Program-made: the position numbers and the translations under genes
The notes under the pieces: generated by a model
The model's database searches: none
What the model was told of the DNA's origin: nothing
Seen by the model: only the letters and a program-made list of their open reading frames with translations
In this document: positions 60,626-64,000 of the stretch, one piece after another
Layout: every line of letters begins with the position of its first letter
How positions within the stretch are numbered: position 1 is the first letter of the stretch
Origin: Vicugna vicugna
Lineage: Eukaryota
Direction of reading: 5' to 3'
Length of the DNA: 64,000 nt
Assembly (NCBI GenBank): GCA_013265495.1
Contig: MU058584.1
Location: 3,228,508-3,292,507 of the forward strand

Positions 60626-63600
60626 TCTAAGTGTCATTGGGCTCTTTGGATCGGTCTCCCTGAATAGTTCCTGAATTCATCTGCTTCTTCACATTTGCTA
60701 CCGCCCAGCGTGGGTCACCACCATTATTCAGCTGGACAAGTGTTTCCTGATGGAATCTCTGCAGCCGGAGTTATTTAAAAAGTACAAATATGAGAGCTGT
60801 CACGTCCCTGCTTAAACCCAACCCCTTTGTTCTTAGGATTTGGGTCCAATGCCTTGCGTGGACCAAAGGGTGTGCTGGCTTTGCCCCTGTCTGCCTCTCC
60901 AGCCCCCTCTCCTCCCTCCCCTTGCTGAGCTTCTTCCAGTTCCTCTGGTGGACCATGTTATCTCTTACCTTCAGGCCTCAAGCTTTTCCCTCTTCAAAGA
61001 AAAATCCCCCCTGACAAGCCCATTCTCTAGGCACTCACCGTAGAGCTTATTGTTGAAAAAGAAAGGAAGAGGCAGGTAGAGGAGAAATCAGATCAAGGTG
61101 TTTTATCTTTTCCTTTTAAACGACTCCTAGACCTTCAATAGACCAAGGGTGGGAGTGACCTTTGACTCCCACGTGTCTTCCTTGTCTGAAGAGCTGTGGA
61201 TGGAGGATTATTTCAGGTAGAGCTAGAGTTTTCCCAGCTGTGTCCTGTGACCCCCTCCAGGTCTGCCCCTTTGCCTGGCCTCTTGGTCTTTTTCATTTTT
61301 TAATCTCAGTTACCCATCACACTCTTGAGAAACTGTTTCCTGGACTTGGCCAGCCTCCCCACCCCTCCTCCCTCAGCCGTGCTTGTTAATTTCCCCTTAC
61401 CTCCTCCCACAGTCAACTAAGAATTGTTGAAATTACGCATCATCTGGCAGAGATCAGGCTCTCCCCTGTACCCTCAGGGTGTACATAGTGATGGGTGCTT
61501 AGTGGATATGTGTTGAATTAACGTATGAATGGTTTGCTACAATTTTTCAAGTCTCTACAGTATCTATTTATCTGTCTTTAAATATATATACATTTATATT
61601 GTCTATAGTACAGTATTCTGAGTATCCAAAAGACCACCAAGACTTTCTCTTTGCTAATATTTTACTCTTATTTCAGCACTGGGTATATAAACCAGATTCT
61701 TAGCTTGAATGCGTTTGGCACTTCCTTGAAAAAAAAAATGCAAAATTCCTATGTCCGCTCAAGAAATACTTACTGAGCATTTCTTATTCACCAGAAGATA
61801 TTGGAGTTGCAACGTTGAATATGACACAGTCCTAGACTTCCTGTTGTCATGGAGTTTTCAGTCAGGAGTTAAGTGAGGTATTGAACAAACATTTGTGGAA
61901 TGAATGAATAAATGATAAACATGAGTATTTAATCTGAAAAAAGCAAAGATTTAAACATTATTCATTGGAGGCATCTGAATGTGTGTTGCTACAGTGCACT
62001 AGGAAATCTATCTTCAGATTCATTCATTCATTTCTTTCTCTTGTTAGTGACTAAACATCTATTATATTTTGAGTATATGAATAGTTACGGTTTCTGGATG
62101 GGAGCCATTAACTCCACCAAAAAACGTGGAAAAATATCGTGGGCTTTGAAGATCAAATGAAATATCAACACAAAAGAGCTATTTGCAATTTAAATGTGAA
62201 GTCACTGGGCTTTGTATTAAACTGGCCACGAAATCAGCCCTGGGAACTCCTTGTGAGAAGATCAGGCTTTAGTAGTTTTGATAAATTATAAAGGCAGTAC
62301 AAGTCTGGGGAGACCCTAATTGGTTCGCCCTCCATATTTAAGGTCACAGCATCAATCTGTACTCGGGAAGGAGTGCCAGACCCTCGGGCTTGTTTGTAAA
62401 CCAATCGGTTTTCACCTACAGATCAGTGATTTTTTAACTGTTTTGAGCACATTCCCTTTGAAAGATCTGCTGGAAGTCATGAACCCTCTCCCCAGGAAAA
62501 TGTGGGCCCAGCATGCTTTACATTCAGGTCTAGGGACTCCAGAGACAGGGTTGAAGATCCTGGATGGAGCCATGTGTCTGATGCCACATGGTCCTCCAAA
62601 GGTTGCTCTCATTAGTCTGGAGATGGAACTTACATATACATGAGAGACTTCATAATGGGATCGAGTACCCAAGGTGTCTTTCAACATCTGTCTGGTTTAG
62701 TTCCTGGAGCATTTGAGGGGCACCCCCTGGTAAGGGGCAGTAGCCCTGGACCCATTGGTTAATAAGGAAAATTTTTCCGGTGTTTTCTACATTGCTGGTG
62801 GATCTTGTTTGCTGGAGTAAAGAGGCCCAGAACAAAAACCTGAGAAAGGGCTTATCACATGAGTTGCAGTGCGTCCTGGTTCTCTTCTTCAGAGCATCAC
62901 CGCTACAGTTCAGCCAGGCTTGGCGATGGGCAGCACGGAGGTTGGGGCTGGGCTGGGGAAAGGCCGGTAGCTGTGGCTCCAGCTTCTGGTCTCTGAATGG
63001 CCTCTCCTGCTGCTGCTCTGCTCCCCATTACAAGGGAGGTGGGAGCAAGAGAACATCATCTTTCTGCCAATGTCAGCAGAGCTCTCAGGGCCTCAAGTGT
63101 TGAGAGTCTTCATTTGCATCTCTCTGAACCACGGCCCTTTTCTCCCCAGTGACCTGGCAAAGCTTCCTGGAAGGGCCAAGCTAGATGCTCATTTGAGGGA
63201 TTCTCTGTTTACTTTGTCTCCATCTCACCCTGGGTTCCTTCCTCAGTGGCATTAAGTGGGTGTAGGGACGCATTTCCCTCAGGTCCTCAGAATGGTGTGG
63301 TTAGATGTCAGCCCAGCTCGTTGGGTCATTGTCTCAGTCAAATCAACCAAGTTCTGGCGGGCTCGCCCGCATCCGGGACAGACACCACAAATGTGCCAGG
63401 AACGGGTCAGAGGTTCACAGACACGTCATTGCTTATTCAAAACCCTGCTTGCTCTGTGCCTATTTGGGTCTGAGCCCTCTTGATGTCTTTCTGTTTCCGA
63501 AACCCCCAGGAGTTTTCAATGCTGATTCAAAATGCATGGTTGTTTTGGCGACGTGCTGCTCCTGGCAGACACTCCGACACCTCCCTCCAGGCAGGAGGAC

Positions 63601-64000
63601 CTCGGGCCAGGGCTGGCGAAGAGCTGCTCCCAGCTGGAGCCGCCGGGGTCGAGGCCTGTGAACATGCCCACCCGGGCCGTGCCAGCCCGAGGCTCTCACT
63701 CACAATTCACCATCTTCGCTTCCCAGGGTTTGACAAAGACCCAGCTTTTACACCGCCAGCGTGGCATGAAACTGGCTGTTGGAAATATATTAGCAGCTGC
63801 TGTTATATCCCGCTGGCAGGGTGCCAGGGAAGGAAATTAAACTTTGCATTTCCCCAGCTCTCCCTCCCCACTTCCTGCTAACCAATCGATTCTGCTCTGA
63901 GTGCGCCTGAGAGTGCCAATTCTTGCCATTTGCCAGAACGATGGCCCTTGGAATTCGCAGTGAATCTGAATGCCCATTTAGCCTCTGCCAACCCACTGCT

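Noticed and set aside
63246..63996. Cluster of overlapping 70-130-aa ORFs
   Set aside because: Expected in GC-rich sequence with few stop codons. They occur in several frames on both strands and show no recognisable homology.

Overview
Non-coding mammalian genomic DNA (intergenic or deep intronic), most likely from a camelid. That assignment is inferred from two tRNA-derived SINEs resembling camelid vic-1 and from artiodactyl-type L1 3' ends. I find no intact protein-coding gene and no supportable exon chain; the long ORFs in the track are L1 ORF2 fragments or chance ORFs. Much of the window is transposon-derived: L1 of several ages, L2, L3/CR1, MIR, MaLR/ERVL LTRs, and hAT and TcMar DNA elements. 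I see no evidence of a new multi-gene biological system. The notable items are small and visible directly in the sequence: a tailless tRNA-Gly(TCC) 5'-half retrocopy with a perfect 17-bp TSD; a heavily decayed YWHAH (14-3-3 eta) processed pseudogene fragment; three hAT MITEs stacked at one ATCTAGAC target; two short insertions copied from DNA 1-6 kb upstream; a four-level nested insertion containing an unidentified poly(A) retrocopy; a perfect 23-bp fold-back at an L1 5' junction; and several motif-dense, enhancer-like unique segments. Repeat family names come from remembered consensus sequences, not a database search, so subfamily labels and many boundaries are approximate.
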